Assembly (NCBI GenBank): GCA_963664115.2
Contig: CAXWPJ010000012.1
Coordinates: 352,001-416,000 of the forward strand
DNA length: 64,000 nt
Source of the DNA: Terriglobia bacterium
GTDB taxonomy: Bacteria; Acidobacteriota; Terriglobia; 20CM-2-55-15
Reading direction: 5' to 3'
Positions within the stretch are counted from its first letter, which is position 1. Each line of letters begins with the position of its first letter. Of this stretch, positions 8,299 through 18,344 are shown piece by piece. Below the pieces are notes generated by a model. That model searched no databases and was not told the origin of the DNA. It worked only from the letters and a program-made list of their open reading frames with translations. The translations under genes were made by a program, and so were the position numbers.

Positions 8299-10146
8299 CC
8301 CTGAACAAGCGTGATTGACGAGGAAATGATAGTGCAATAAGAGCGGAAGTACCCGAAATGCCCCCTCTCCGTGCGAAAAAAACCTTGGACAGATTCTTCG
8401 GAAAAGGAGGCATTTCAGATGAACGATTATACGCGCAAGAACATGAGGAACCGCAAGCGGCGAATCGAACGTCGGCTTGGGGACCGGCATTGGACGGATC
8501 AGGTAGAGCCGATGTTTTCGGCGAGCAACATTCAGTACGAGATGGGAGAGCGGACGCGGGGCACATCGGTTGGTGGTATCGGGACGATGCAACTGGTGGC
8601 GCGGCGGACCGGGCTGATCGAAGCCATCGACAAGGGCGTGCATGTGTTGAAGCGGCACCTGCCGTATCACGAGTCGGATCACGTGCTGAACATCGCCTAC
8701 AACGCCTTGAGCGGAGGAACGTGCCTGGAAGACATCGAACTGCGGCGCAACGATGCGGTGTATCTGGATGCGCTGGGAGCGCAACGGATTCCGGATCCGA
8801 CGACGGCGGGAGACTTCTGCCGGAGATTCGAGGCCGACGACGTGGAGTGTCTGATGGAGGCAACCAATCAAGTCCGGCTCGGAGTCTGGCGACAGCAACC
8901 GGCGGCGTTTTTCGAAGAAGCGGTGTTGGACGCGGACGGGACACTGGCCGAAACCACGGGGGAATGCAAGCAAGGGATGGACGTGGCCTACGACGGGACG
9001 TGGGGATATCACCCGCTGATGATCTCGCTGGCCAACACCGCCGAACCGCTGTATCTGGTCAATCGTAGCGGCAACCGGCCGTCGCATGAAGGAGCCGCGG
9101 TCCGGTTCGACCAAGCCATCGCATTGTGCCGGCATGCGGGGTTTCGCCAGATCCTGCTGCGCGGGGACACGGACTTCAGCCAGACCCGGCATCTGGACGG
9201 ATGGGACGACCAGCAGGTGGGTTTCATATTCGGGATTGACGCGATGGCGAACCTGAAGGCCCGGGCCGATGAACTGGAGCCGCGCCAGTGGAAGCGCCTG
9301 GAACGGCCCGCGAAATACGACGTGGCGACCGAACCGCGCCAACGTCCCGACAACGTGAAGGAAGAGATCGTTCGGCAGCGCGGTTTCGACAATATCCGCT
9401 TGCAGGGTGAGGATGTGGCCGAGTTTCGGTATCGACCCGGAGCCTGCGATCGGGACTACCGTGTCGTCGTGGTGCGGAAGAATCTGTCGGTGGCCAAAGG
9501 AGAGCAGGTGTTGTTTGACGACATCCGGTACTTCTTCTACATTACCAACCGTTCGGATCCGGCCGACCAGATTGTGATGCGTGCCAATCAACGGTGCAAT
9601 CAGGAGAATCTCATTGAGCAGTTGAAGAACGGCGTTCAGGCGTTGCGGATGCCGGTCGGAGATCAGACCAGCAACTGGGCCTACATGGTGATCGCGTCAC
9701 TGGCCTGGACACTGAAAGCGTGGTTTGCATTGCTGCTTCCCGAAACCGGACGTTGGGGCCAAAAATATCAGGCTGAGAAGCAAACCGTGCTGCGCATGGA
9801 GTTCAAAACCTTCTTGAACGCTTTCATGCTTGTGCCGTGCCAACTCGTGCGCACCGGGCGGCGCATTCTGTTCCGGATCCTGGCCTGGAACCGGTGGTTG
9901 CCGGTCTTGTTCCGCGGGGTGGATGTGTTGCGTCAGCCTCTGCGATGTTGACCCGATCATGACTCTGAGCCCAGGCGATCGAGGTCCCGGTTTCTGTCAA
10001 CCGTCCAACACCAGCGAGGCTGAACTGAAACAGATTCAACAGAAACTCGATACCTGGAACAGGCCATCCGGGAACGGGATTCTATGCCTCGAATTCTATC
10101 GGCGCGAACTGGGCCTCGGCGGACTGGTTATGCGCTTGTTTTGGGG
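8299..10146 (+). mobile_element. IS1380-family insertion sequence, complete
   Basis: Left end CCCTGAACAAGCG; right end (reverse complement) CCCCAAAACAAGCG; flanking direct repeat CTAGT at 8294-8298 and 10147-10151 (or 4-bp CTAG if the ends shift by 1 bp). Confidence 0.9.
8419..9951 (+). CDS. IS1380-family DDE transposase
   Basis: AAGGAGG RBS; LDADGT, GYHPL, RSGN, LLRGDTDF, NQRCNQENLIEQLK, SNWAYM motifs. Confidence 0.95.
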   Translation: MNDYTRKNMRNRKRRIERRLGDRHWTDQVEPMFSASNIQYEMGERTRGTSVGGIGTMQLVARRTGLIEAIDKGVHVLKRHLPYHESDHVLNIAYNALSGGTCLEDIELRRNDAVYLDALGAQRIPDPTTAGDFCRRFEADDVECLMEATNQVRLGVWRQQPAAFFEEAVLDADGTLAETTGECKQGMDVAYDGTWGYHPLMISLANTAEPLYLVNRSGNRPSHEGAAVRFDQAIALCRHAGFRQILLRGDTDFSQTRHLDGWDDQQVGFIFGIDAMANLKARADELEPRQWKRLERPAKYDVATEPRQRPDNVKEEIVRQRGFDNIRLQGEDVAEFRYRPGACDRDYRVVVVRKNLSVAKGEQVLFDDIRYFFYITNRSDPADQIVMRANQRCNQENLIEQLKNGVQALRMPVGDQTSNWAYMVIASLAWTLKAWFALLLPETGRWGQKYQAEKQTVLRMEFKTFLNAFMLVPCQLVRTGRRILFRILAWNRWLPVLFRGVDVLRQPLRC

Positions 10147-10363
10147 CTAGTTACACTCGCCAGGCCACAGTGTGGATTGAAGTGTCCGTCCCCTTACGCG
10201 AGTTTAATATTGACTGCCCCGCCTCCGTGGGGTAAATGATGGGCTCTGAATTCGATCTGATGGCTTCAGCGGGACGCCGAGTTTCTTCTGGTAGAGGCGT
10301 ACCCGATGCTCGACCGGATCATCGATCAAACCTGTGTCGACCATGCAATCGAGGAGATACACC

Positions 10364-11164
10364 GTGAAATACGCGTCGAGAAAGAGTCAATCGCCGATCT
10401 TGAGGCTCCTTCTGTTTGGAGGGACCCTGCTCTTATCAAGTTCCTATAGCGCGGTCTCCGCCACACAAACGCCGACGCCGCATAACCCAAGCGTATCCGA
10501 CATCATCGAAACCGACGAAGGCGACCTGACGATCACGCCAATCGGCCATGCCAGCCTGATGATGGAACTTAACGGGCGCACGATACATGTCGACCCGGTC
10601 GGCGATTACTCGGAAATGAGTGACCAGAAAGCCGATATCATCATGATTACCGATATTCACGGTGACCACATGAACCCGGAGTCCGTAAGGTCGATCGCCA
10701 AGACGGGAGCCGTTGTGATTGCCCCGCGCGAAGTGTGGAACACGATCACGACCGCGACGGTTTATTTGAATGGTGAGACCAGCCGCATTACGCTGCCGAA
10801 CACGGTAGTCGGTGTCGAAGCCATTCCTGCCTACAATCTGACGCGCGGACCGGAAGAAGGCCAACTCTACCATCCCATGGGCCGGGGCCAGGGCTATGTC
10901 ATGACGATCGGCGGCACGCGTGTCTTCGTGTCGGGAGACACCGAATGTGTTCCAGAGATTCAGGCCTTAGAAAACATTGACGTCGCCTTTTTACCAATGA
11001 ACCTGCCCTTCACGATGACGCCGGAAGAGGCAGCGGAATGCGCGAAGGCCTTCCGGCCTTCGATCGTATACCCCTATCACTATCGTGGACAAGATCCTGA
11101 GGAATTCGCCAGCGCGCTCAGCGGCGAAAGCGACATTGAAGTTCGAATCCGGGAGTGGTATTAG
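10364..11164 (+). CDS. Secreted MBL-fold metallo-hydrolase (UlaG/UPF0173-like)
   Basis: GHAS, IHVDP, TDIHGDH, SGDT, FLPMNLPFTM, YPYHY; signal peptide; GAGGAG RBS before GTG. Confidence 0.88.
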   Translation: MKYASRKSQSPILRLLLFGGTLLLSSSYSAVSATQTPTPHNPSVSDIIETDEGDLTITPIGHASLMMELNGRTIHVDPVGDYSEMSDQKADIIMITDIHGDHMNPESVRSIAKTGAVVIAPREVWNTITTATVYLNGETSRITLPNTVVGVEAIPAYNLTRGPEEGQLYHPMGRGQGYVMTIGGTRVFVSGDTECVPEIQALENIDVAFLPMNLPFTMTPEEAAECAKAFRPSIVYPYHYRGQDPEEFASALSGESDIEVRIREWY

Positions 11165-11171
11165 GAAATCT

Positions 11172-11206
11172 GGGACGGACGCGTATTCAGAGTGTCCGTC
11201 CCCTTA
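11172..11206 (+). repeat. REP-like hairpin/terminator; right arm identical to 10181-10196
   Basis: gggacggacgc..agtgtccgtcccctta. The 16-mer agtgtccgtcccctta occurs at 10181-10196 and 11191-11206. Confidence 0.7.
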
Positions 11207-11293
11207 ATTTTCTTTCCCGCCGCTTGAATTTACTTCCCGGATACACCGATTGGTACTAAGCTAAGAGAAGTGTTTTTCCAAGGGAAGAAGAGC

Positions 11294-11677
11294 ATGCAAC
11301 GTCTACTGACCGCTTTCGTTCTCGTCGCTCTCTTTGCGGGGGTCACCGCGGGAGCCCATCACTCCTTCGCCAGCTTTTACTTCGAAGACGATACGGTATT
11401 GATCGAGGGCGAATTGTTCGAGTTCAATTTCAGAAGCCCCCACGCGTGGCTCTACGTAATGGCCCAGGACGCGGACGGTGAAATGCGCTTGTATGCAGCC
11501 GAATGGGCCAACCCCAACCGCTTGGGCCGCCAGGGTGTCAACGAAGACACGCTCAGTCCCGGTGACCACCTCATCATTGCCGGCAGCCCCGGACGGGATC
11601 CATCCGAACACCAGATCCACCTGAATCGTATCGAACGCCCCGTGGACGGATGGACCTGGCTTCGGAATCGACCCTGA
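11294..11677 (+). CDS. DUF6152 family protein (paralog 1)
   Basis: Signal peptide ..TAGA|HHSFA, FRSPH, EWANP, LSPGD. Confidence 0.85.
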   Translation: MQRLLTAFVLVALFAGVTAGAHHSFASFYFEDDTVLIEGELFEFNFRSPHAWLYVMAQDADGEMRLYAAEWANPNRLGRQGVNEDTLSPGDHLIIAGSPGRDPSEHQIHLNRIERPVDGWTWLRNRP

Positions 11678-11795
11678 AGGCCGAATTCTTCCCGTTTACT
11701 CCGACCCTCCTGTAGCATGCCTTCGCCAGCGTTGATCTTATCCCCAGCTTCCGATACCATGCCCGCGACCTGGGACGGTAGCAAGACAAAGCCAA

Positions 11796-12299
11796 ATGGA
11801 TGTCCTCATCTGGTTCGAACAAAGCGCCTACGGCACGTGGCTACGCGAGTCGCCTTCGATGTGGGCCTTTCCATTGCCGTTAATCTTGCATGCCATCGGC
11901 ATGGGGTTCCTGGTCGGCACGAACGCCGCCCTCAATTTCAGAATCCTTGGTTTTGCCGCATCCATTCCGCTACGTTCGATGGAACGGGTCTTTCCTGTCA
12001 TGTGGTTCGGTCTGGTGGTCAACGTCCTGTCCGGCATTGCCCTGCTGATGGCGTACCCCATCAAGGCTTTCACGAATCCCGTCTTCTACATCAAATTGAT
12101 TCTCATCGCGCTTGCACTCAGCGTCCTGGCCAAGTTACGAAACTATGTTCGCGGGACCAGCTCGGACGATCTCGTCCCGAATAGAGTCAAGCTGCTTGCA
12201 AGCACCTCGCTCGTGCTCTGGGTCTCGGCAACAACGGCGGGTCGCTTGCTGGCATACACGTACAACCGCCTGACCAGCCAGGACGTTTTCTTTTTCTAA
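11796..12299 (+). CDS. DUF6644-like 4-TM membrane protein, subtype A
   Basis: LHAIGMGFLVG..RILG, NPVFYIKL, GRLLAY. Confidence 0.8.
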   Translation: MDVLIWFEQSAYGTWLRESPSMWAFPLPLILHAIGMGFLVGTNAALNFRILGFAASIPLRSMERVFPVMWFGLVVNVLSGIALLMAYPIKAFTNPVFYIKLILIALALSVLAKLRNYVRGTSSDDLVPNRVKLLASTSLVLWVSATTAGRLLAYTYNRLTSQDVFFF

Positions 12300-12301
12300 T
12301 T

Positions 12302-12814
12302 ATGACCGGCTTTCTCAGATCCCTGGACTTCGTGACATCCTTCACATTCTGGCTGGACAACTCGGCCCTATCGGTGTGGGTCATAAGCAACGGGTACTTG
12401 TGGCCTGCACTGGAGTCCATCCACTTCCTCGGACTTTCACTATTGATCGGAACCGTCGGATTATTTGATTTGCGTCTGCTCGGGTTCGCAAGGAACATCG
12501 AGCCAAAGACTCTCCATCGGCTCGTACCTCTGGGTGTGCTCGGGTACGGAATAAACGCGATCACCGGCGCCCTGTTTTTCGTTGGCGACACGGGACAATA
12601 CGTCTACAACGACGCGTTTCACTTCAAAATACTTTTCATGTTGCTGGCCGGTATCAACGTTGCTGTCTTCTATCTCACGACCTATCGGCAGGTTGGAGGG
12701 GTCAGCGCCGGGGGCCACACACCGCTGTTGGCCAAAATTATTGGTGGCATCTCCCTGGTGCTATGGTTGGGCGTCATCACTTGTGGCCGTTTGCTCACCT
12801 TCTACAGGCCTTAG
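12302..12814 (+). CDS. DUF6644-like 4-TM membrane protein, subtype B
   Basis: ESIHFLGLSLLIG..DLRLLG, FHFKI, GRLLTF. Confidence 0.82.
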   Translation: MTGFLRSLDFVTSFTFWLDNSALSVWVISNGYLWPALESIHFLGLSLLIGTVGLFDLRLLGFARNIEPKTLHRLVPLGVLGYGINAITGALFFVGDTGQYVYNDAFHFKILFMLLAGINVAVFYLTTYRQVGGVSAGGHTPLLAKIIGGISLVLWLGVITCGRLLTFYRP

Positions 12815-13034
12815 CAGTCTCAGGCACAACCCTCTAAGATCGCGTCACTGACAAAGGAAAAAGCTGGAGCTCTTTTGGGATGGTTTCATTTGAGCGGTCG
12901 CGATGCTTTGTCGGCGTGCGTGGACCGGCCCTCAAGCTGGTTACGCGTCAGGCCTCCGGAGGCACAGCATCCCGGCGGACGGTTGTAATGATCGGCCAGG
13001 AACGCGCCAATCATGTGGAAGAAGCGTCGGACTT

Positions 13035-13157
13035 TCAGAAGCATAAATGCAGTGTATCACCCACATCCAGCCAAGCTCCGTCGCAGGCCGCACAACGATC
13101 GATTGCACCGCCTTCCAAGTCAAGCATAATCATCGGTTCGCGACAACGAGGGCACAT
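13035..13157 (-). pseudogene. Truncated zf-TFIIB-like zinc-ribbon gene
   Basis: MCPRCREPM..IDRCAACDGAWLD, then an early stop. Confidence 0.55.
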
Positions 13158-13271
13158 AGGAAATTGTGTCTGGTCAGCTTCAGCAATATGTATAGGTGAG
13201 ACGACCCGAATATCCCACGTCCCCGCGATCGGGCAAAGATGGAAACCACCCTCCAATGACACGGGCGTCGA

Positions 13272-13300
13272 TTGACAGCGCGGCGTGATCGTTCCACAAT
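13272..13300 (+). promoter_or_regulatory. Putative sigma70 promoter of the bactofilin gene
   Basis: TTGACA-N17-CACAAT. Confidence 0.6.
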
Positions 13301-13332
13301 AGCCAACATTACGCGACCGGGAGAATTCTCTG

Positions 13333-13740
13333 TTGACGCTGGGACGCAAAACCAAATCCGATGAATTCAAGGGCTTCCTGGACGAAGGAACAGCCCTGAC
13401 CGGAGAACTCAGTTTTTCAGGTACACTGCGCATCGACGGGAGCGTTCACGGCTCCATCAAGACTTCTGACGTTCTGATTGTGGGTCAGCGCGCCTCCATT
13501 CATGCCGACATCAAGGCTGGGGAGGTGCAGATTCACGGCTCCGTGTCCGGCATGATCGATGGTTACCGGCGCGTAGAAATATTTGCAACCGGTCGCGTAC
13601 ATGGCGAAATCCGGACACCGCAGTTGGTCGTTGAAGAAGGGGGACGGTTCGACGGGCGTAGCCGCAGCACATCGGGCGAGGGGGAGGAAACTTCGCCGAC
13701 TCATCCTACATCCGAAGCCAGCCGGGCGCCGAACGAATAG
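13333..13740 (+). CDS. Bactofilin (polymer-forming cytoskeletal protein)
   Basis: GELSFSGTLRIDGSVHGSI..TGRVHGEIRTPQLVVEEGGRFDG. Confidence 0.92.
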   Translation: MTLGRKTKSDEFKGFLDEGTALTGELSFSGTLRIDGSVHGSIKTSDVLIVGQRASIHADIKAGEVQIHGSVSGMIDGYRRVEIFATGRVHGEIRTPQLVVEEGGRFDGRSRSTSGEGEETSPTHPTSEASRAPNE

Positions 13741-13878
13741 AGACGCGTTGGACGGAAGCGTCTCACTCGGAAGTAAATTCGAATCAATCGCCATCTTCGA
13801 CCGTGGCCGTTCCTCACTTCGCGTTTGCGACTCGGAGACCGCTCAAGTTGGTCCTCGAGGCTGCTTTCACGAGCTGCA

Positions 13879-14481
13879 ATGAGCAAATCACCCGACCCGA
13901 ACCAGTTTGATGAGGAGTTCTTCGACCGGTTCTACAACAGACCCGAAACACGCGCCTCGAGTCCTGAGGAGTTTGCCCGGCTCTCCCGGTTTGTCCTGAG
14001 CTACCTCGAGTACCTGGAGATTCCCCTGAATGAGGTTCTCGATCTCGGGTGCGGGCTGGGCCGTTGGCGGGAAGCTCTCGCGACGCATGATGCGACGATC
14101 GCTTACACCGGCGTCGACGTGTCCCCCTATTTGTGTCGTCAGTACGGGTGGATCGAGGCGTCGGTGAGCGACTTCATGTCCCGGCGCCGATACGACCTTG
14201 TCATCTGCCAGGACGTCCTTCCATACCTGACGCGACGTGGCATTCGTGACGCTCTGGCCAACATTGCGCGGCGCTGCCGGGGGGCCGTGTATCTCCAGGT
14301 TCTCACCGAGGAAGACTGGGACGAGAACCACTGCGATCCTGACCGGACTGACCAAAGCATGAACCGTATCGAAGCGGCATGGTACAGAAAAGCGATTTCC
14401 CGGCACTTCACCAACTGCGGCGGTGGACTCTTCGTCCCTAAAAACAGTGGCGTGGTTCTCTGGGAGCTGGAACGGGCCTAG
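13879..14481 (+). CDS. Class I SAM-dependent methyltransferase
   Basis: VLDLGCGLG, TGVDVS, YDLVICQDVL. Confidence 0.88.
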   Translation: MSKSPDPNQFDEEFFDRFYNRPETRASSPEEFARLSRFVLSYLEYLEIPLNEVLDLGCGLGRWREALATHDATIAYTGVDVSPYLCRQYGWIEASVSDFMSRRRYDLVICQDVLPYLTRRGIRDALANIARRCRGAVYLQVLTEEDWDENHCDPDRTDQSMNRIEAAWYRKAISRHFTNCGGGLFVPKNSGVVLWELERA

Positions 14482-14555
14482 CAGGCAGCCGCGCTTTCCC
14501 AATGATTATCCATCTGTTGGCAGCATTGAGGCTGGAGGCACCTGGTGTCGCCAGC

Positions 14556-16831
14556 CTACTTGGAAGTCATGATCCAGACACCGTCCCAGTCCTCGGCCGG
14601 AGGGTTGGAACGTAGTTGCTGGCAGCGCTCCACATAGAGTTTCGAGAGCTGATCGTCGGGTTCCAGCACCAAGGCTTGGCCGAATGCCTTCTCGGCGTTA
14701 CTCCATTGCTGGCTGCGGTAGGACTGATGCCGTCCCGAAAATGGCCCAGCATCTCGATGATGTTCGGGAATGACTCTTCGGAGTGATAGTCGAGAATTTC
14801 GAACACGTCCACAGGTTGCGTCTTGCCCTTGACGATCACGCGATCGACTTCCCGAACACGGTACGTGCCCTTCACTTGCTTGTATGTGTATTCGCTGACA
14901 AGAACGCATGTGCCATACTGCTTGCACGCACTTTCAAGACGCGACGCCAGATTCACCCCGTCCCCGATGACCGTGTAATCCATCCGCTTGGGTGATCCGA
15001 TGTTTCCGGAGACGATGGAGTCCGTGTTGATGCCGACTCCGATGTTGACTGGTTTCCGGGCCGACGCCGCTCTTTCGGCGTTGAATTCAGCGAGAGCCCG
15101 CATCATGTCGATCGCAGCCCGAACCGCACGGTCCGGATCGTCTTCGTGTGCCACAGGTGTCCCAAACACGGCCATGATCGCGTCGCCGATAAACTTATCC
15201 AGCATTCCTCCCCGTTCCTGAATGCACTCCACCATCAAGGTGAAGTATTCGTTGAGCAAAGCGACCGTCGCCTGAGCACCCAGCTCTTCGGTAAAAGAAG
15301 TAAAGCTGCGAATATCGGAAAACAGCACCGTCGCCACGCTGCTCTGTCCCCCCAGGACGTCCTCATCTGCCTGCAACAGCTTGTCCGCGAGAGATGCGTC
15401 CATATACCGGGACATCGTCGATTTCATGCGCTTTTCGCCACTGATGTCCTCGATCATGATCATTGATCCCAGCTTCTTTCCGTTGGTGCTGATTAACGGC
15501 ATGATCGTTACGTTCGCGGAGACCGTCTCCTCGCCGAACTCCATTTCCGTGTCCATCATGACGTCCTGGGCCTGGCTGTCGACGACCTGCGCCATCTTCT
15601 CAAGCACCCACGCATTGCTGTCACTGAAGAACTCCGCGGCGGGTTTCAAGAGGACATCGGTGTCTTTGGCCTTCATGATCTCGAGTCCGGCCCTGTTGCA
15701 GGTCAGAATGATTCCATCCTCGTTCACCGTCATCACACCGCTCGCCATACTTTCGAGCATGCTCTCACTGTAATTCTTCATGTTCTGAACGTCGTCGAAG
15801 AGCTTGGCGTTTTCCAGCCCGATGGCAATCTGTGAAGTGAAGGCCTTGAGTCGGGCTTCGTCATCGTCGGTGAATGGACCGCCTTTTTTGTTCAGAACCT
15901 GCGTGACTCCAATCGCCTTCCCTTTCTTGTTGATCACAGGTACGCAAAGAATGGAACGGGTAAAGAACCCGGTCTGCCTGTCAAAGCTGGGATTGAACCG
16001 GAGGTCGGCATACGCATGCGGGATATTCATGCTCTCGCAAGAGGTGAACACGGTTCCGGCGATGCCCGCCGTATTGGGTAATCGGATCTGGGTCGCGCCC
16101 AGGCCCTGACCGATTTCAGTAAACAACTCCTTCGTTTTTTCGTCGTTGATGAAAAGCGTCGACCTTTCCGCGTCCAGCATTTGCGTCACAGTTGCGATCA
16201 ACTTCTGGAGCAAGGGGCCGAGCTTGAGCTCCGAGGAAACCTCGGACACAACGTTGAGAAACTCCAGCTCCTGTTGCCGCGCACTTTCAATGTTCTCAAC
16301 GATGCGGAGATTCTCGAGCGCAATCGCAGCCTGCTCGATCATGGCTTCCAGCAGATCGAGGTCATCACGGGTGAAATCTCCATCCTTCTTGTTCAGAAGC
16401 TGAGAAACTCCGATCTTGTCACCGCGAAGCGTCAGCAGAGGAGCGCACAGAATACTCGTGGTCGTGTAACCGGTTTTGCTGTCAACTTCTGGATTAAATC
16501 TCTCGTCTGCATAGGCGTCATTGATGACCGCGCCTTCACCGGTCGTAAACACGTGCCCAGCGACCCCGGTCGTATTCAGCATCCGTATCTCGCGACTGAA
16601 GTTCCCGTCGGCTACGCGTGTATAGAGTTCGTCGGAGGCGGCATCGTTCAGGAAAATCGATCCGCGCTCGGCACCGATTGTGGCAGCTGTCAGCTCGACC
16701 AGCGTATCGAGGGCTTCGGTCAGCGTTTTCGACAACGCGAGGCTGTTGGAAACACCCAGAAGCAATTCGGGAGAAGGTAAGCTCCGGCTTCGGGTTTGGG
16801 TCGTTTCCTTTGGGTCACTTATGTCGCGCAT
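14556..16831 (-). CDS. GAF-GAF-PAS class III adenylate cyclase with a frameshift near 14725 in the C-terminal tail
   Basis: Two GAF domains (NKKDGDF, NKKGGPF), PAS, FSDIRSFT, DKFIGDAIMA, DYTVIGDGVNLASRLE. The expected tail (..LYVERC..PPAEDWDGVWIMTSK) lies in another frame ending at 14556. Confidence 0.88.
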
Positions 16832-17297
16832 GCAGATTTTCCAGTTCCTGTCTCAAGACGGTAATCGTGTCCTGAAGCTGTGCCCTCTCACTATGGTAAC
16901 GCCGCTCCAAGACCTGCTCCCTATCCTCGGCTTCGAGCCGGTTGGTTTCCAGAGTGTCTCGCAGTGCATTTACGGCATTTCTGAGTTGAGTGATTTCACC
17001 GTTGGCATGCGCCACGGCCTGTTCGGTGCGTTCTTCCTCTCCAATACGGCGGCGTTCCAGTTCATCACGCAAGGCATTAATGGTTTGCTGCAGTTGCACA
17101 ATTTCGGTGTTTGCCGCTGCAACAGCTCTCTGCGTCCGCTCATCCTCGCCGATCCGAAACTGCTCCAGTTCATTCCTTTGCGCGCTGATGGTTTCCTTCA
17201 GTTGCCGGACTTCACCATGCATCGCTGCCAGTGATTTCTCGAACTGTTCAATGTCATTCGCCATGGTGTCCGTCTGAGAGTGTGAATGCGACATCAA
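16815..17297 (-). CDS. Coiled-coil protein with 36-aa repeats, overlapping the cyclase start
   Basis: About four units of ExxQLxxTIxALRxELE.. Confidence 0.75.
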   Translation of the reverse strand: MMSHSHSQTDTMANDIEQFEKSLAAMHGEVRQLKETISAQRNELEQFRIGEDERTQRAVAAANTEIVQLQQTINALRDELERRRIGEEERTEQAVAHANGEITQLRNAVNALRDTLETNRLEAEDREQVLERRYHSERAQLQDTITVLRQELENLHARHK

Positions 17298-17408
17298 TCC
17301 GCCTCACCCGTCCCACGACGGTCTCTCCATTCCGAGCCTGTAGTATATTGTCAAATCGGGAGAAGCTATTCAAAAGCGGTCTGAGAATACACAGAGGAGG
17401 ACCCCACG

Positions 17409-18269
17409 ATGAAATTCCGCGCCCCTGTTCAAACTGTTGTCGGTCAGGACACTTCCGATGGAGCGGGCGTTCGGCTGCGACGCAGCATCGGGACGCCCTC
17501 ACTCGATCACCTCGACCCTTTCCTTCTCCTCGACGAGTTCAGGTCGGACAATGCCGATGACTACATTGCCGGTTTTCCGGATCATCCCCATCGTGGGTTC
17601 GAGACCGTCACCTACATGCTCGCCGGGCGCATGGAACACCGTGACCATACCGGTGTTCAGGGGAACCTTGAAGCAGGCAGCATTCAGTGGATGACCGCCG
17701 GGCGCGGCATCATACATTCAGAAATGCCGAAGCAGGAAGAAGGGTTGATGTGGGGCTTTCAACTCTGGATCAACCTTCCCGCTGACCAAAAGATGACCCA
17801 ACCGCGATATCAGGATATTCCTCCTGGAAACATACCTGAAGTGGTCCGTGACAACGCACGGATCCGGGTCCTGGCAGGAGAGGTTCAAGGGCAGCGCGGT
17901 CCGATCGAGGGCATCGTAACCAACCCGACATACCTGGATGTATCTCTCGAGCCGCACTCACATTTCACCCACCCGCTGCCCCTTGGACACACGGCATTTG
18001 CCTACGTTTTCGACGGCAGCGGTTACATCGGACAATCGGAACCCACCGGCGACCCGCACAGGCGCAGCCATCTGGTGGTTCTCGGCGACGGCGACGGCGT
18101 CGCGGCAGTAACAGGCGAGGACTCAATGCGTTTCATCCTGCTTGCGGCCAAACCCATCGGCGAACCGATCGCCCGATATGGGCCCTTCGTCATGAACACG
18201 CAAGAGGAACTGAGGCAGGCCTTCAGGGAAATGCAGGATGGGACGTTTCTGGAAAGCCCTGGGACTTAG
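17409..18269 (+). CDS. Pirin family protein
   Basis: DPFLLLDEF, GFPDHPHRGFETVTY, WMTAGRGIIHSE, YGPFVMNT. Confidence 0.96.
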   Translation: MKFRAPVQTVVGQDTSDGAGVRLRRSIGTPSLDHLDPFLLLDEFRSDNADDYIAGFPDHPHRGFETVTYMLAGRMEHRDHTGVQGNLEAGSIQWMTAGRGIIHSEMPKQEEGLMWGFQLWINLPADQKMTQPRYQDIPPGNIPEVVRDNARIRVLAGEVQGQRGPIEGIVTNPTYLDVSLEPHSHFTHPLPLGHTAFAYVFDGSGYIGQSEPTGDPHRRSHLVVLGDGDGVAAVTGEDSMRFILLAAKPIGEPIARYGPFVMNTQEELRQAFREMQDGTFLESPGT

Positions 18270-18344
18270 GGTGATGAGAATCTATGAGTGCATAGTTGTG
18301 CGACCTGGACGCTTGATGGTTAACAGTTAACTCTAAACGCCCCG

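Noticed and set aside
8158-9591. 477-aa antisense ORF, and the many other long overlapping ORFs in the track
   Set aside because: Shadow ORFs of real genes in high-GC DNA, with no recognisable motifs.
10364-11164. IS1380-driven metallo-beta-lactamase (ISEcp1-like resistance unit)
   Set aside because: The motif is D-x-H-x-D-H with UlaG-type features, not a B1/B2/B3 lactamase signature.
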